This document shows, piece by piece, positions 19,479 to 30,235 of a stretch of 64,000 bases of DNA. Source of the stretch: an uncultured Clostridia bacterium (lineage in GTDB: Bacteria; Bacillota; Clostridia; Christensenellales; UBA1242); the NCBI GenBank assembly GCA_944372465.1, contig CALVZG010000034.1:8832-72831 (forward strand), read 5' to 3'. The notes beneath the pieces are model-generated. The model was not told the DNA's origin. It ran no database searches and saw nothing but the letters and a program-made list of their open reading frames with translations. The position numbers and the translations under genes are program-made. Position 1 is the stretch's first letter. Every line of letters begins with the position of its first letter.

Positions 19479-22208
19479 TTAATTATGGTCTTTATCCCAG
19501 CAACAATTTTTATATTTTTTACCACTACCACATGGGCATGGATCATTTCTTCCTGCTTTTGGTTTGTCATTGTATACTGTCTTTTGCACTTGCAATTTCT
19601 GCTTTTGTTTTTGTGCAGCACGCTCCTCTGGTGTCAATTCTTTCCCTGTGAAAAGAACTTTTACAGGCTCTGGTGCAGGTTGCGCTGGTCTTGCCTGTAT
19701 CCTTGCATTTAACAACACTTTGCATGTTGTTTCTTTTATTTTGTCTATCATTGCATCAAACATATCAAATCCTTCTCTTTTATATGCCATTACAGGATCT
19801 TGCTGACCAAATTGTCTTGACAAAATTTCATCTTTCATAATTTGCATATTTTCTATTTGGCTCATCCAATTGATATCTACCATTCTTAAAAGTACATTTC
19901 TTTCAATATTTTCAAAGTCTATTCCTATTGCCGCCACCTCTTTATGTCTTTCTTCATACTTTTTATATATTATATCTAGTACTTTCTCTATGACATCATT
20001 TACATCACAACCTTCAACGAAATCTTCTGTTATTGTGTTGCTTTCCTTATCTAGTAAACCATTTTCTAATTCCTTATTTAATGTTTCTAAATCCCATTCA
20101 TAATATGGTCTATCATCTGAAATAACTTTATGAACACTCTTTGACACTACTTCTGGGAACATTTTTATAATTTGGTCATGTACAGGTTTGCCATCGAGAA
20201 CTTCATTTCTTTCTTTATATATTATTTCTCTTTGTTTATTCATTACATCATCAAATTGCAAAACTGTTTTTCTTATAGAAAAGTTTTGAAGTTCTATCTT
20301 TCTTTGTGATGCTTCAATTTGTTTTGCTATGGTTTTTAATTGTATTGGAGTTGAATCATCTATTTTAAAGAATGCTAAAAGTTTTCTTAATCTATCAGTT
20401 GCAAATCTTTTAAATAAATCATCATCAAGCGACAAGAAGAAGATACTTGAGCCAGGATCTCCTTGACGACCAGAACGGCCTCGAAGCTGATTATCTATAC
20501 GGCGAGATTCATGTCTTTCTGTTCCTATAATTTTAAGACCACCAAGTGATTTTACTTCTTGTTTTTCTTTATCTGTTATTTCTTTAAATTTTGCAAGAAG
20601 TTTATTGTATTCATCTCTTGCCTTATTCAAATTTTCATCATCAACATAATTAAATGCAGTTGCATAAGATATTTCTTCTTCAGAATAATTTTTATCACGC
20701 ATTTCTTTTGTTGCCATAAATTCAGGGTTTCCGCCTAACAATATATCTGTTCCACGACCTGCCATATTTGTTGCAATTGTTACTGCACCCTTTCTTCCTG
20801 CTTGTGCCACAATTTCGCTTTCTTTTTCATTGTTTTTTGCGTTTAAAACTTGATGTTTTATTCCTGAACGCTTCAATGCGTTTGATATTAACTCTGATTT
20901 ATCTATGTTTATTGTACCAACAAGAACAGGCTGTCCACTTTCAACACATTCCTTAATCTCTTCAATTATTGCACTGATTTTTCCTTTCTCGGTTATATAC
21001 ATCTTATCAGGATAATCAATTCTTTGTTTTGGCTTGTTTGGAGGAATGATGACTACATCTAGATTATATATGGTTCTAAATTCTCCTTCCTCTGTTTTTG
21101 CTGTACCTGTCATACCTGATAATTTTTTGTATAGTCTAAAGAAATTTTGGAAAGTTATTGTCGCAAAAGTTTGATTCTCATCTCTTATATCAACTCCCTC
21201 TTTTGCTTCTATTGCTTGATGTAAGCCTGAACTAAATCTTCTCCCTGGAGAAAGTCGACCAGTAAACTCATCTACAATTATTACTTCGCCATCTTTTACA
21301 ATGTAATTTTCATCTCTATGCATTATAAAATTTGCACGAAGGGCGTTGTTTATATAATGACTTAATTCTATATTTTCAATATCTGATAAGTTATCTATAT
21401 GATAAAAAGATTCTGCTTTTCTAATACCTTTATCTGTAAGATTTATTTGTTTTGTTTTAATGTCTATTTCAACATCATCATCTTTTCTTAATGATTTTAC
21501 AAATCTTTGTGCAATCATATAACCATCTGTTGACTTTCCGCCTCGACCACTAATTATAAGTGGCGTTCTTGCTTCGTCAATCAATATGCTATCTACTTCG
21601 TCGACGATTGCAAAATTGAGCCCTCTTTGAACGCGTTCGTTTTTGCTTCTTGCCATATTATCACGAAGATAATCAAATCCTAATTCATTGTTTGTTGTGT
21701 ATGTTATATCACATAGATAAGCCTTCTTCTTTTCTTCTCCACTTTGACCATTTAAAGATACTCCTACACTTAACCCTAAAAATTTGTATACCTTGCCCAT
21801 CCATTCAGCATCTCTTTTTGCGAGGTATTCATTTACGGTTACCACATGAACTCCATTACCAGATATTGCATTTAAGTATGCTGGTAATGTTGCAACTAAT
21901 GTTTTACCTTCACCTGTAGCCATCTCTGCAATTCTTCCTTGATGCAAAGCTATACCACCTAAAATCTGTACATAAAAATGACGCATATTTAAAACTCTTG
22001 CTGCCGCTTCTCTTACTACTGCAAAAGCCTCTGGAAGAAGGTCATTTAAACTCTCCCCAGCCTTATATCTATTTTTAAATTCATCTGTGCTTGCTTTTAA
22101 TTGCTCATTTGTATAATTTTTATACTTTTCTTCAAGTGCAATTACCTTATCTGCTATTTTCTTTAATTTTTTTACCTGTGATTTGTTTTCATTACCAAAA
22201 AGTCCCAT
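19479..22208 (-). CDS. secA: preprotein translocase ATPase SecA (with C-terminal Zn-binding CPCGSGKKYKNCC)
   Basis: Full length at 909 aa. It has the DEAD-like motor motifs (MATGEGKTL, VDEVDSILIDEARTPLIISG, TNMAGRGTDI) and the C-terminal zinc finger. Confidence 0.97.
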   Translation of the reverse strand: MGLFGNENKSQVKKLKKIADKVIALEEKYKNYTNEQLKASTDEFKNRYKAGESLNDLLPEAFAVVREAAARVLNMRHFYVQILGGIALHQGRIAEMATGEGKTLVATLPAYLNAISGNGVHVVTVNEYLAKRDAEWMGKVYKFLGLSVGVSLNGQSGEEKKKAYLCDITYTTNNELGFDYLRDNMARSKNERVQRGLNFAIVDEVDSILIDEARTPLIISGRGGKSTDGYMIAQRFVKSLRKDDDVEIDIKTKQINLTDKGIRKAESFYHIDNLSDIENIELSHYINNALRANFIMHRDENYIVKDGEVIIVDEFTGRLSPGRRFSSGLHQAIEAKEGVDIRDENQTFATITFQNFFRLYKKLSGMTGTAKTEEGEFRTIYNLDVVIIPPNKPKQRIDYPDKMYITEKGKISAIIEEIKECVESGQPVLVGTINIDKSELISNALKRSGIKHQVLNAKNNEKESEIVAQAGRKGAVTIATNMAGRGTDILLGGNPEFMATKEMRDKNYSEEEISYATAFNYVDDENLNKARDEYNKLLAKFKEITDKEKQEVKSLGGLKIIGTERHESRRIDNQLRGRSGRQGDPGSSIFFLSLDDDLFKRFATDRLRKLLAFFKIDDSTPIQLKTIAKQIEASQRKIELQNFSIRKTVLQFDDVMNKQREIIYKERNEVLDGKPVHDQIIKMFPEVVSKSVHKVISDDRPYYEWDLETLNKELENGLLDKESNTITEDFVEGCDVNDVIEKVLDIIYKKYEERHKEVAAIGIDFENIERNVLLRMVDINWMSQIENMQIMKDEILSRQFGQQDPVMAYKREGFDMFDAMIDKIKETTCKVLLNARIQARPAQPAPEPVKVLFTGKELTPEERAAQKQKQKLQVQKTVYNDKPKAGRNDPCPCGSGKKYKNCCWDKDHN

Positions 22209-22367
22209 TTATTCTCCTTATTGCTAAAAATATATTATTGTTTCTTTTATTTTAATAATTTTTTTAAAAATGTCAAATTTTTTTGACAAATATTATTAAA
22301 GTGTTTTACGCTTATTTATAAATTGTTCTCGACATTCTATACTGAAATTTATAATAATTAATTAATT

Positions 22368-22397
22368 TAATTTTTAACTAATTAATTTTTAACTAAT
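22368..22397 (+). repeat. exact tandem duplication of the 15-mer TAATTTTTAACTAAT upstream of the 784-aa gene promoter
   Basis: Copies at 22368-22382 and 22383-22397 are identical. A 13-nt version (TAATTTTTAACTA) recurs at 25151-25163, upstream of the next gene. Confidence 0.7.
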
Positions 22398-22423
22398 TTC
22401 GTAACATTTTTCTAACATAACTA

Positions 22424-22452
22424 TTGACAATCATATCATTTTGTATTAAAAT
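22424..22452 (+). promoter_or_regulatory. sigma-A-type promoter of the 784-aa gene
   Basis: TTGACA (22424-22429), a 17-nt spacer, then TAAAAT (22447-22452). Confidence 0.5.
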
Positions 22453-22504
22453 TATCTATGAAATAAACCAATGCGTTGATGCATTGTTTAAAAAGGAGTA
22501 AAAA

Positions 22505-24859
22505 ATGGGTTTATTTTCATTTATTAAAAGAAAAGTTGAAACTTTTAAAGCAACTATTAAACAAAAAAATTTACAAAAAGTTATGAGCAAAGCAGAACTT
22601 AAAAAAGAGAACCTTACTATAATTAAAGCATCTAATGGTATGCAAGTTCTTTCTAAAGGGAGCAACTTTGAAGCTAAAAGTGGTTTCTTTGAAGATGTTT
22701 CAACTGAACACTTTGCTTCAAGTATGGCTCATAAAACTTTAAAAGATGTTGTTGATTATGTTAAAAACATTTCTAACTTTGCAGATGTTTCCACACTTGA
22801 AAAAAAGATAGCTGCTTATAATAGGCGTAGAAAACAAGCTTCAAACAACGCTTCTTCTCTCACTATTGATGGACTTTTTCAATATTTTTCTGGTGGACAA
22901 AGTAAATCAGGCGAAGGGGCTCTATCTGAAGCTGATGTTAAAGTTTATTCATCAATCGCAAAAAAATCTCAAGCTCGTGCAAGGGCTCTTGCTTATATAA
23001 AGGCAAACTTTATTGGTATTTGCAATATGAGAGATCTTGCTAATGAATCTTCACAAAATGGCAATGAACAATTTAAGGAACTTATGAATGTCGTAAAGGA
23101 ATATTGCGATGAAGACATCAATGGTTTTGCCCTCCCTCAATTTGATAGTGAAACTATTAATAATGAAACTTTAAATTCAAATGACAATTATCTCAAAGGT
23201 GCTACTTTTGCTCAAAGAAGATGTGATGATATCCTTTTAGCAAGAATAACTGAAGAACAAGAAACTTTAGAAAAATTATCTAATATTGATAATACAGTTT
23301 TAACAAATATTGATAAATATGACCAAAATATTACTAATATTGCTGAACTAAATAAAAAAATTAACAATCTTGATAATTCTCTACAAAGTTTCCAAACTGT
23401 TGAATCTAAATTACTTGAAGCCTCTAAATATTATGAAAATCAAGTCGACACTCAAGGAATGTATTTCCCTTGGATTCGAAACAAAAAAGATATTAATAAA
23501 AAATGTCTATCTAGACAAAATCAATTAGTTGCCGAATTCCAAAAAATGGCACAAGATTTTGGTCTATTTGATTTCTCATCAAATGCTGATGGTAGCATTG
23601 AAGAATTAGCTTTCTTTAACTATCAAAATGGTGGTAGTTCTAATCCTAATATAGATAGCCAAAATAATGAAGATTTTTATATCTTTGATCGTTCTCTACC
23701 TCCTTTTGAAGCTTTCGCAAATGCTGTAAGTTCATATAAAAATGATTCTTCTGTTGAACATGATAATGATATATTTAGAGTCAAAACTGACATTGTTGAA
23801 AAAGATGGAAAAACTATTCAAAATTCATTTATTTACACAGATAGACAAGAGATAGTTCTTAAAGAAATTTATAATAGCCTTGTAGAATATGCTCAAGATA
23901 GTATAAATTCTGAAGAATTTAAAGATGGTAGCAACCCTTTAGTAAATTTTGCTTATATCAATAAAAGACACTCTATCCCTGATGTTCAATTAAAAAAATT
24001 GGCAAATATTTTATTCGGTAGTAATATAACTAAAGGTCAAAAAATTAATAGTAACTTTGCTAATCTTAGTGCTAATCAATTAAAAGCACTGAATGAATTT
24101 ATTTATTCAAACGAACCTGTTAAAAACTTCTTAAGAAAAAATAATTTATTGACCGATTATGAAGTTGATAGACAATTACTTGAACAATTCAACCCTGAAT
24201 TAACAGATGAAAATGATTGCAAACTTAATATTGTTATGGCATTTATGCAAAACGAAGCGATTAAACATGAACAAGATAGAATTGACCAAATTGAAAATGA
24301 TACTAAAAATGAAAGAATTAAGGCCACAAAAGAAAGACAAGAGCAATATGATTCTGCTAAATCATCTTTATCTAGTTTTGAAAAAATGAAAGATGATATT
24401 TCTAAAATTGCAGATAAAGAAGTTCCTACTAAATCTAAAAAACCTATTGTTAAAGATGCAGATATTAATAACAAACATAAGAATGTTTCATTAGCATTAG
24501 TAGAAAAGATTTTAAGTGCTCAAGACTTGCCAGATTCTCCTGAAAAAATTAGCGATAAAAGCACAAAATTATCAACTACTCGCACATCAAAATCTCATAA
24601 TGCACCTAGCCTTCGTCAAAAAGTTCAAGACATTATTGCTTCTGTTAAGAAAACTGCAGATTCTGTATTCGCTGATAAAAATTCTTATTCTTCTGCAAAT
24701 AATGCTCAAAGAGCAAATTATTACAAACGATATTTTACATCAGCTGACACTGCAAAAGTTTCAGAATATATGCAAAATATTGTTGCTACTATCAATCAAA
24801 TAAAATCTGCTGAAAAAGAAAATGCAAGCACATTTGATGAAGATGAAAGAGAATTATAA
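22505..24859 (+). CDS. hypothetical 784-aa protein with an N-terminal amphipathic MGLFSFIKRK and an acidic C-terminal tip ...DEDEREL
   Basis: From the ORF track, with RBS AAAGGAG. There is no signal peptide or TM segment. Composition is K/E/N/Q-rich, and I recognise no domain. Confidence 0.7.
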   Translation: MGLFSFIKRKVETFKATIKQKNLQKVMSKAELKKENLTIIKASNGMQVLSKGSNFEAKSGFFEDVSTEHFASSMAHKTLKDVVDYVKNISNFADVSTLEKKIAAYNRRRKQASNNASSLTIDGLFQYFSGGQSKSGEGALSEADVKVYSSIAKKSQARARALAYIKANFIGICNMRDLANESSQNGNEQFKELMNVVKEYCDEDINGFALPQFDSETINNETLNSNDNYLKGATFAQRRCDDILLARITEEQETLEKLSNIDNTVLTNIDKYDQNITNIAELNKKINNLDNSLQSFQTVESKLLEASKYYENQVDTQGMYFPWIRNKKDINKKCLSRQNQLVAEFQKMAQDFGLFDFSSNADGSIEELAFFNYQNGGSSNPNIDSQNNEDFYIFDRSLPPFEAFANAVSSYKNDSSVEHDNDIFRVKTDIVEKDGKTIQNSFIYTDRQEIVLKEIYNSLVEYAQDSINSEEFKDGSNPLVNFAYINKRHSIPDVQLKKLANILFGSNITKGQKINSNFANLSANQLKALNEFIYSNEPVKNFLRKNNLLTDYEVDRQLLEQFNPELTDENDCKLNIVMAFMQNEAIKHEQDRIDQIENDTKNERIKATKERQEQYDSAKSSLSSFEKMKDDISKIADKEVPTKSKKPIVKDADINNKHKNVSLALVEKILSAQDLPDSPEKISDKSTKLSTTRTSKSHNAPSLRQKVQDIIASVKKTADSVFADKNSYSSANNAQRANYYKRYFTSADTAKVSEYMQNIVATINQIKSAEKENASTFDEDEREL

Positions 24860-25052
24860 TCTTATCAATTAAAGATTTTCAATCATTGATTATCAATCAT
24901 TTTAAGCATATAAAAAATATTAACTATAGAAAAATAAGTATAGTATGCAAAATAAACATTTTAAAAAAGTTTTAATAAAAATATTTTTAATCATTTTAAA
25001 GAATAAAATTGAAAATTTTTAATTTCTTTTTACATATTTTTCTATAAATTTT

Positions 25053-25083
25053 AGCATGAATATTTATTTATTCATGCTTTTTT
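25053..25083 (+). terminator. rho-independent terminator after the 784-aa gene
   Basis: Hairpin AGCATGAATA-TTTATT-TATTCATGCT followed by TTTTT. Confidence 0.7.
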
Positions 25084-25239
25084 ATTTTAAAATAAAAAAT
25101 ATATACATTTTATCTAAATATTTTAATTAAAATTTAATTAAATTAAAATATAATTTTTAACTAGATTTATATAACAAGCAATAATATACTTTTAATATAA
25201 CTATTCTTTATTTATAACTAACAATAGTATATTCTTTAC

Positions 25240-25268
25240 TTGACAATTTATAATAATAATGATATTAT
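25240..25268 (+). promoter_or_regulatory. sigma-A-type promoter of the 1517-aa gene
   Basis: TTGACA (25240-25245), a 17-nt spacer, then TATTAT (25263-25268). Confidence 0.5.
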
Positions 25269-25307
25269 ATTTAATATAAAATACATCTAAATGAGTGAGG
25301 TTTTTCT

Positions 25308-28300
25308 ATGTCAAATTTTAATTCAGTTTTAAATAATGAAAATGATGAAGAAATTGTGAGTAATAGTGCTAACGATAATCAGGCTATAAATGATTCTGAT
25401 GAAGGTAATAATGATAATACTTCTTCAAATCCTTCCTCTGAAAATGAAAACAACAATCCTTCTACAGAAAATATCACTAACGAAAACAATAATCAATCCC
25501 CTAATGATTCTGATGAAGGTAATGACGATAATACTTCTTCAAATCCTCCTTCTGAAATTGAAAGCGATAGTTCATCTTCAGAAAATAATAGTGAAAATTC
25601 ATCTTTAAATGCTACAAGTGATGATCAAAATAATAGTCAAGACGAACAAACAAGCCAAACTGAACAAAATGGAAATCCAGAAGTTGTCGAAAATGTAGAA
25701 GTCATAGATTTAAAGAATAGAGAAAACAATAATCAAAACAGCAATGAAAATGGTGATATAGAAATAGTATCCACTCAAGAACAGAAAGAAAATCAAGAAA
25801 ACAACGAAAAAAATCAAGAAAATAGTGAAAAAGAGGATAAAAAAGAAGATACTTCTAAAGATGATGATGCACTTTTAAAAGAAAAAAATGATAAATTTAA
25901 GAAAAAATTAACAAACTTTAACAATATTATGGGTGAGACTTTATCATATGTTGGTATTTGGCTTACTGTCTGTTCACTTATTCCTGGTATTGGATTGTTT
26001 GCTTTAATTCCCGGCCTTATCATTGGAGGAATAGGTTTGATACAATCAACTTTTGCTGATAAACTTGTATTTAAGCCTTATAAAAATATAAAAAACAAAA
26101 TAAAAGCTTGTGAAGATGAACAATTACAAGAATTTGAAACAAGAGATAGATTTATTGAAAATGAAAATCAACTTTCTTTAGAAAACGAAAAATCTCAAGG
26201 TCTGTGTGCAAAATTAAATGAAAATTATCTTGAATCTTCTGATAATCAGTTTGCTAAAGAATTTGCCCAGTTATTTAATTCAAATGGTGTTGGACTTGTT
26301 TCTTCAGGTCAACTAAATCAAAATAACCCTGAAGAACCAAAAAATAGTGAAAACATTACTAATACAACTCAACTTAATCAAATGGAAAATCTTGACAGCA
26401 GAATTGCTATGACAATGAAACTTGATGAAATTTCTAAAACTCAAGATGATAAAACTAGACAAGCTTTAATAGAAGATTTTTCTGACACTTTCTTTGAAGA
26501 TTTATCTGAATCTCAAAAATCAGCTGTTAATTCTATGTTTAGGGCTGATAATAAAAATGGTTTAATTAGTTTTGTTAAAGATTTAAATAATGCTAATGCA
26601 CAACAATCAAGAGAAAGAAGTTTGTTAGAAAAGCAACGACAAACTATTCGCAGTGCAGACTCTTACAGACTTCTTTCTTTAGTTAGTTCTCACAGCATGG
26701 ACGAACAACAAAGAGAAAAATTCTTTGAAAGATATAGTCCTGATATTATTCAAAGTGTCATTTTAAATAACAACTCCTCTTCTGAACTTTTAGACCAAAT
26801 TATAGACAAAGTTCCAGCGGAAAGTCAAGATATGGCTACTGAAAAACTTGATGATGCTGCAAGAAGCATGAATCTTAATTTGCAAATTATTGAACAACAA
26901 GCATATGAAAATGAATCTCTTCATCAAAGAGTTGAAGTTTTAGAACAATACAAATCATCTATAGATGATGTTAGTTCTAACAAAGACAACTTCTCTACCC
27001 TTGAAAGATGTGCCGATGCTGCTGAAACTTACTTTAGAGCTTATAACCTTGCTTATTATAACAGTAATGTTTTAAATATTGAAAAAAATATTAATAATGA
27101 TAGTTTCTCTTCTGAAATCGACGAAAGACATTATAAAAGAGATGCTATAACAAATCAAAGAGTAGATGATGTTTTAAAGACCTCTTCTCAACCATCTAGC
27201 AATTTAAAATTACAAAAAGTAAATGATTCTATAAGAACTGGTGGCTTTTATGAAGAAATTGCCGCTTTATATACTATTACAACACAAAATGGCAACTATA
27301 TCCTTTCTGAAAATGGTCTTTTACCTGACCCTGAAAAATCAAAAATTGAAGAAAATCATTCCCTTTATAGTGTTGTAGATAGATTAGCAAAAGATAGATT
27401 AATAGACTTCATTGTAGCACAAGCTGAAACTATTGAAGATTTTGATAGTATTGAATTAAGACAAAAACTTGATAGAATGCCTAGAGAACAAATCATTAAT
27501 GATTATTCTTTAAAACTAAATTCTAAAACTGGGGAAATTTCTTGCAAAATTCAAGACAAATCTTTCAGTTTAGAAGATGAAAAAACAAAAGGTGCTTTGA
27601 AATATTACCAAAATTTAGATAGTTATCAAAAAGAAAAGGAATCTATTATATCCGACTCAATATCTAAACTTTCTAAAGAAATTTCAGGTCAAAACACTGA
27701 AAATGATAAATTGGTTGTATATGATAAAGAAAAGGGAGAATATTTAGTTCAAAATTATCAAATAAATGATAAAACTAAAGATAAATATCATCATTATAGC
27801 GAAGAAATACTTCAAAAAGAATTTTCTAAAATGCCTTATTTTAAATCATTAACTCCTGAAGAACAACGAGATTTAATTACAATTAAACTTAGTGCTATGG
27901 CAAGCAAAGAAAAACTTGATTTTCTTCGTGCAAGAGAACTTGAACAAAAAGGCAGTTATAATGAAGAAGAGTATGTTAATAAAACTAAAATTTACCAAAG
28001 AGCAGACAAGATTGCTGACGCTATTTTAGATGGTAGTTTCTATGAACTTTATGACAAAAAGGCTTATGAAAGCACTTTGACACCTCAAGAAAAAGAAGAC
28101 TCTAATAGCAATGGCGTTTTAGATAAAGGACGAGAGTTAAAGAAAAACATTGAAAATTATCAAAGACTTAGAAGTGTTATTGATAAATTGCCTATTTCTA
28201 GTGAAGAAAAACAAGAAATGGAAAGTTCAATTAGGCTTGGTGCTTTAAATGATAAAGATTTTGATTTTGAAAAAGCTATTTTTGAACAATTAAAACCTGT

Positions 28301-29861
28301 ATTGAAAGATTCTGAAATTGAAGGTTATAATTTTTATGATGTTTTAAATAATTTTACTAAAATTGATACATCTGCAACTGACTTGGATAATCCACCACCT
28401 GTTCAACCTTTAACACTAGAGACAAACTTAACTTTTGAACAATTTATTGACAACTTAAATTCTAACATTGACAGAAAATCGGATATCAATCTCTCTGCTA
28501 TTAAAAGTCAATTAGGGGCTGATTTTGTTGAAAGAGAATTTAAAGCAAAAGTCAGTGCAGCAAAAGATAAAAGTATCGAATTCTCAAATTATGTTGAATT
28601 CTTTACTGAACTATCTTATGACGAAAAAACAAACACTTCTCTTCTGTTCCCTCAAGTCAAAGATAAAACTGATTTAGAAATAAAAATTGGCAATATGTTT
28701 GCTGCGGCTAGAGCAAATGGAACAACAGATGCTTTAATTGATACTCTCCTCCCTCGTATTGGATTTTCTAAAGAAGAATTTGATGTAGCAAAGAAACATA
28801 TTGCTAGTCAAACACCTTCAAAAGAAAATATGGATTTTTATAAGGCAAGCAAAAAATTAAATCATTTTAATTCCTATAGAGAAAAATATCAAACGGAAAT
28901 AAGCCAACTTTTAAATGTTTCTGACCTCGCACCTACTTCTCAAGCAGATAAAGAAAATCTTGCAAAGATGGTCAATGCAAAATTAATGGACTCTATCGGG
29001 CTTGATAGCAAAAAGATTATTGATATTTTAAATAATGAAAGTCTTGATACACATGATAAAAAGAAAGAAGCTCTTGAAAATCTTGTAAATCAAAATGATA
29101 CAATTTTAGATTTGGAAAAAGCCAAACTTATTGAAGAAAAAGAGCACGCTGATGCTTCAAGAATTGGCAGTAACAAATTAGAAAGAAAATTATTTGCTGC
29201 TAATGACGATCTTGCTAGATTTAATGAAATTGAAGAAGATTTTAACGCAAAATTTACTTCTATTGAAAAGTTTATTAATGATAACCCTCAATATCCTTAT
29301 GGTAAAGAACTTTTAAATGCATTTATTAATGGTGATAAAACTTTCTTTGATAAATACCCTTCTGCCGATTTACCTGATGATGTAAAATTTAGTGCAACTG
29401 ATTTATATAATTTTGAAAAACTTGGTATTTTACAAGATATGAAAAAATTAAAACAAAAGTCTTCACCTATTTCTTTTAAAGGGCTCGATATTCAAGAAGT
29501 AAATAAGATATTAAAAACAAAACAAACTGAAAACAAAAAACTTCTTAAATTGATGGAAAAACAAAAAGCAAAATTAAAAATAAAAATTAATGCAAAAAGA
29601 AGAGAATTAAAAGATAAAGTTACAACAGCCAAAGATAATATTAGTAAACAATCTATTAAAAGAAAAGATAACTTAAGTCAATTAAGTCGTGGCGATGTGC
29701 TATCTGGACTTGCAGGATTATCTTCATTTATTAAAAGACGAAGAGAAAAACGAAATCAAGAAATTGCCGAAGAACAATTGCGAGAAGCAGAAAGACAAGC
29801 GCAAGCACAAGCACAAGAACAATCTTATCAACAAGAAGACACTTCTGAAAGAGAACTTTAA
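25308..29861 (+). CDS. hypothetical 1517-aa protein: acidic low-complexity N-terminus, hydrophobic hairpin, long K/E-rich region, C-terminal tip ...TSEREL
   Basis: From the ORF track, with RBS GAGTGAGG. The N-terminal repeat NDSDEGN(N/D)DNTSSNP(S/P)SE occurs twice, 38 aa apart (DNA 25389 and 25503). The hydrophobic segment is LSYVGIWLTVCSLIPGIGLFALIPGLIIGGIGLIQ. I recognise no domain. Confidence 0.7.
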   Translation: MSNFNSVLNNENDEEIVSNSANDNQAINDSDEGNNDNTSSNPSSENENNNPSTENITNENNNQSPNDSDEGNDDNTSSNPPSEIESDSSSSENNSENSSLNATSDDQNNSQDEQTSQTEQNGNPEVVENVEVIDLKNRENNNQNSNENGDIEIVSTQEQKENQENNEKNQENSEKEDKKEDTSKDDDALLKEKNDKFKKKLTNFNNIMGETLSYVGIWLTVCSLIPGIGLFALIPGLIIGGIGLIQSTFADKLVFKPYKNIKNKIKACEDEQLQEFETRDRFIENENQLSLENEKSQGLCAKLNENYLESSDNQFAKEFAQLFNSNGVGLVSSGQLNQNNPEEPKNSENITNTTQLNQMENLDSRIAMTMKLDEISKTQDDKTRQALIEDFSDTFFEDLSESQKSAVNSMFRADNKNGLISFVKDLNNANAQQSRERSLLEKQRQTIRSADSYRLLSLVSSHSMDEQQREKFFERYSPDIIQSVILNNNSSSELLDQIIDKVPAESQDMATEKLDDAARSMNLNLQIIEQQAYENESLHQRVEVLEQYKSSIDDVSSNKDNFSTLERCADAAETYFRAYNLAYYNSNVLNIEKNINNDSFSSEIDERHYKRDAITNQRVDDVLKTSSQPSSNLKLQKVNDSIRTGGFYEEIAALYTITTQNGNYILSENGLLPDPEKSKIEENHSLYSVVDRLAKDRLIDFIVAQAETIEDFDSIELRQKLDRMPREQIINDYSLKLNSKTGEISCKIQDKSFSLEDEKTKGALKYYQNLDSYQKEKESIISDSISKLSKEISGQNTENDKLVVYDKEKGEYLVQNYQINDKTKDKYHHYSEEILQKEFSKMPYFKSLTPEEQRDLITIKLSAMASKEKLDFLRARELEQKGSYNEEEYVNKTKIYQRADKIADAILDGSFYELYDKKAYESTLTPQEKEDSNSNGVLDKGRELKKNIENYQRLRSVIDKLPISSEEKQEMESSIRLGALNDKDFDFEKAIFEQLKPVLKDSEIEGYNFYDVLNNFTKIDTSATDLDNPPPVQPLTLETNLTFEQFIDNLNSNIDRKSDINLSAIKSQLGADFVEREFKAKVSAAKDKSIEFSNYVEFFTELSYDEKTNTSLLFPQVKDKTDLEIKIGNMFAAARANGTTDALIDTLLPRIGFSKEEFDVAKKHIASQTPSKENMDFYKASKKLNHFNSYREKYQTEISQLLNVSDLAPTSQADKENLAKMVNAKLMDSIGLDSKKIIDILNNESLDTHDKKKEALENLVNQNDTILDLEKAKLIEEKEHADASRIGSNKLERKLFAANDDLARFNEIEEDFNAKFTSIEKFINDNPQYPYGKELLNAFINGDKTFFDKYPSADLPDDVKFSATDLYNFEKLGILQDMKKLKQKSSPISFKGLDIQEVNKILKTKQTENKKLLKLMEKQKAKLKIKINAKRRELKDKVTTAKDNISKQSIKRKDNLSQLSRGDVLSGLAGLSSFIKRRREKRNQEIAEEQLREAERQAQAQAQEQSYQQEDTSEREL

Positions 29862-29994
29862 TTAAATTTAAAACTATATTTTCAATAGTTTATAACTATA
29901 AAATATATTTTAAATGAATTCTAAATCTAAAATTTTTAATAAATTTATTACAATAAAATATAAAATTGCACTTTTCTTTAATTTTATTAATGTA

Positions 29995-30031
29995 AAATAG
30001 ATAAATTCAATTAGTAATTTATCTATTTTTT
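29995..30031 (+). terminator. rho-independent terminator after the 1517-aa gene
   Basis: Stem AAATAGATAAATT / AATTTATCTATTT with an 8-nt loop, followed by T residues. Confidence 0.7.
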
Positions 30032-30235
30032 ATATTAAACAAAAATAATATTCTATTTATATAAGAAATTAAATATTTTTTATTTTTAAAATTTTATACA
30101 ATATTTTTAATTAAAAAAATATATAAAATTATTTTATAATTTATAATTTTTAACTTTACTATATTTGGTTTTAATGCTATAATAAACAAAGACATTGCAA
30201 AGTTGTTGTTTTGCAATTATAAAAAAGGAAATATT

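Noticed and set aside
22209-22504. Replication origin at the secA / 784-aa gene strand switch
   Set aside because: No TTATCCACA-like boxes are present. The palindrome TGTCAAA-TTTT-TTTGACA is explained by back-to-back -35 hexamers of divergent promoters.
24848-24859. The C-terminal EREL as a eukaryote-type KDEL ER-retention signal (host-targeted effector)
   Set aside because: The last four residues E-R-E-L do not fit the [KRHQSA]-[DENQ]-E-L pattern. Neither protein has a secretion signal.
24945-25022. 25-aa ORF (MQNKHFKKVLIKIFLIILKNKIENF) between the two large orphan genes
   Set aside because: It has no Shine-Dalgarno and lies in the 3' UTR before the terminator. Its composition is that of the AT-rich background.
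30203-30235. 11-codon extension of ychF
   Set aside because: Canonical YchF begins MKIGVVGLPNVGKST. An AAGGAA RBS sits in front of ATG 30236.
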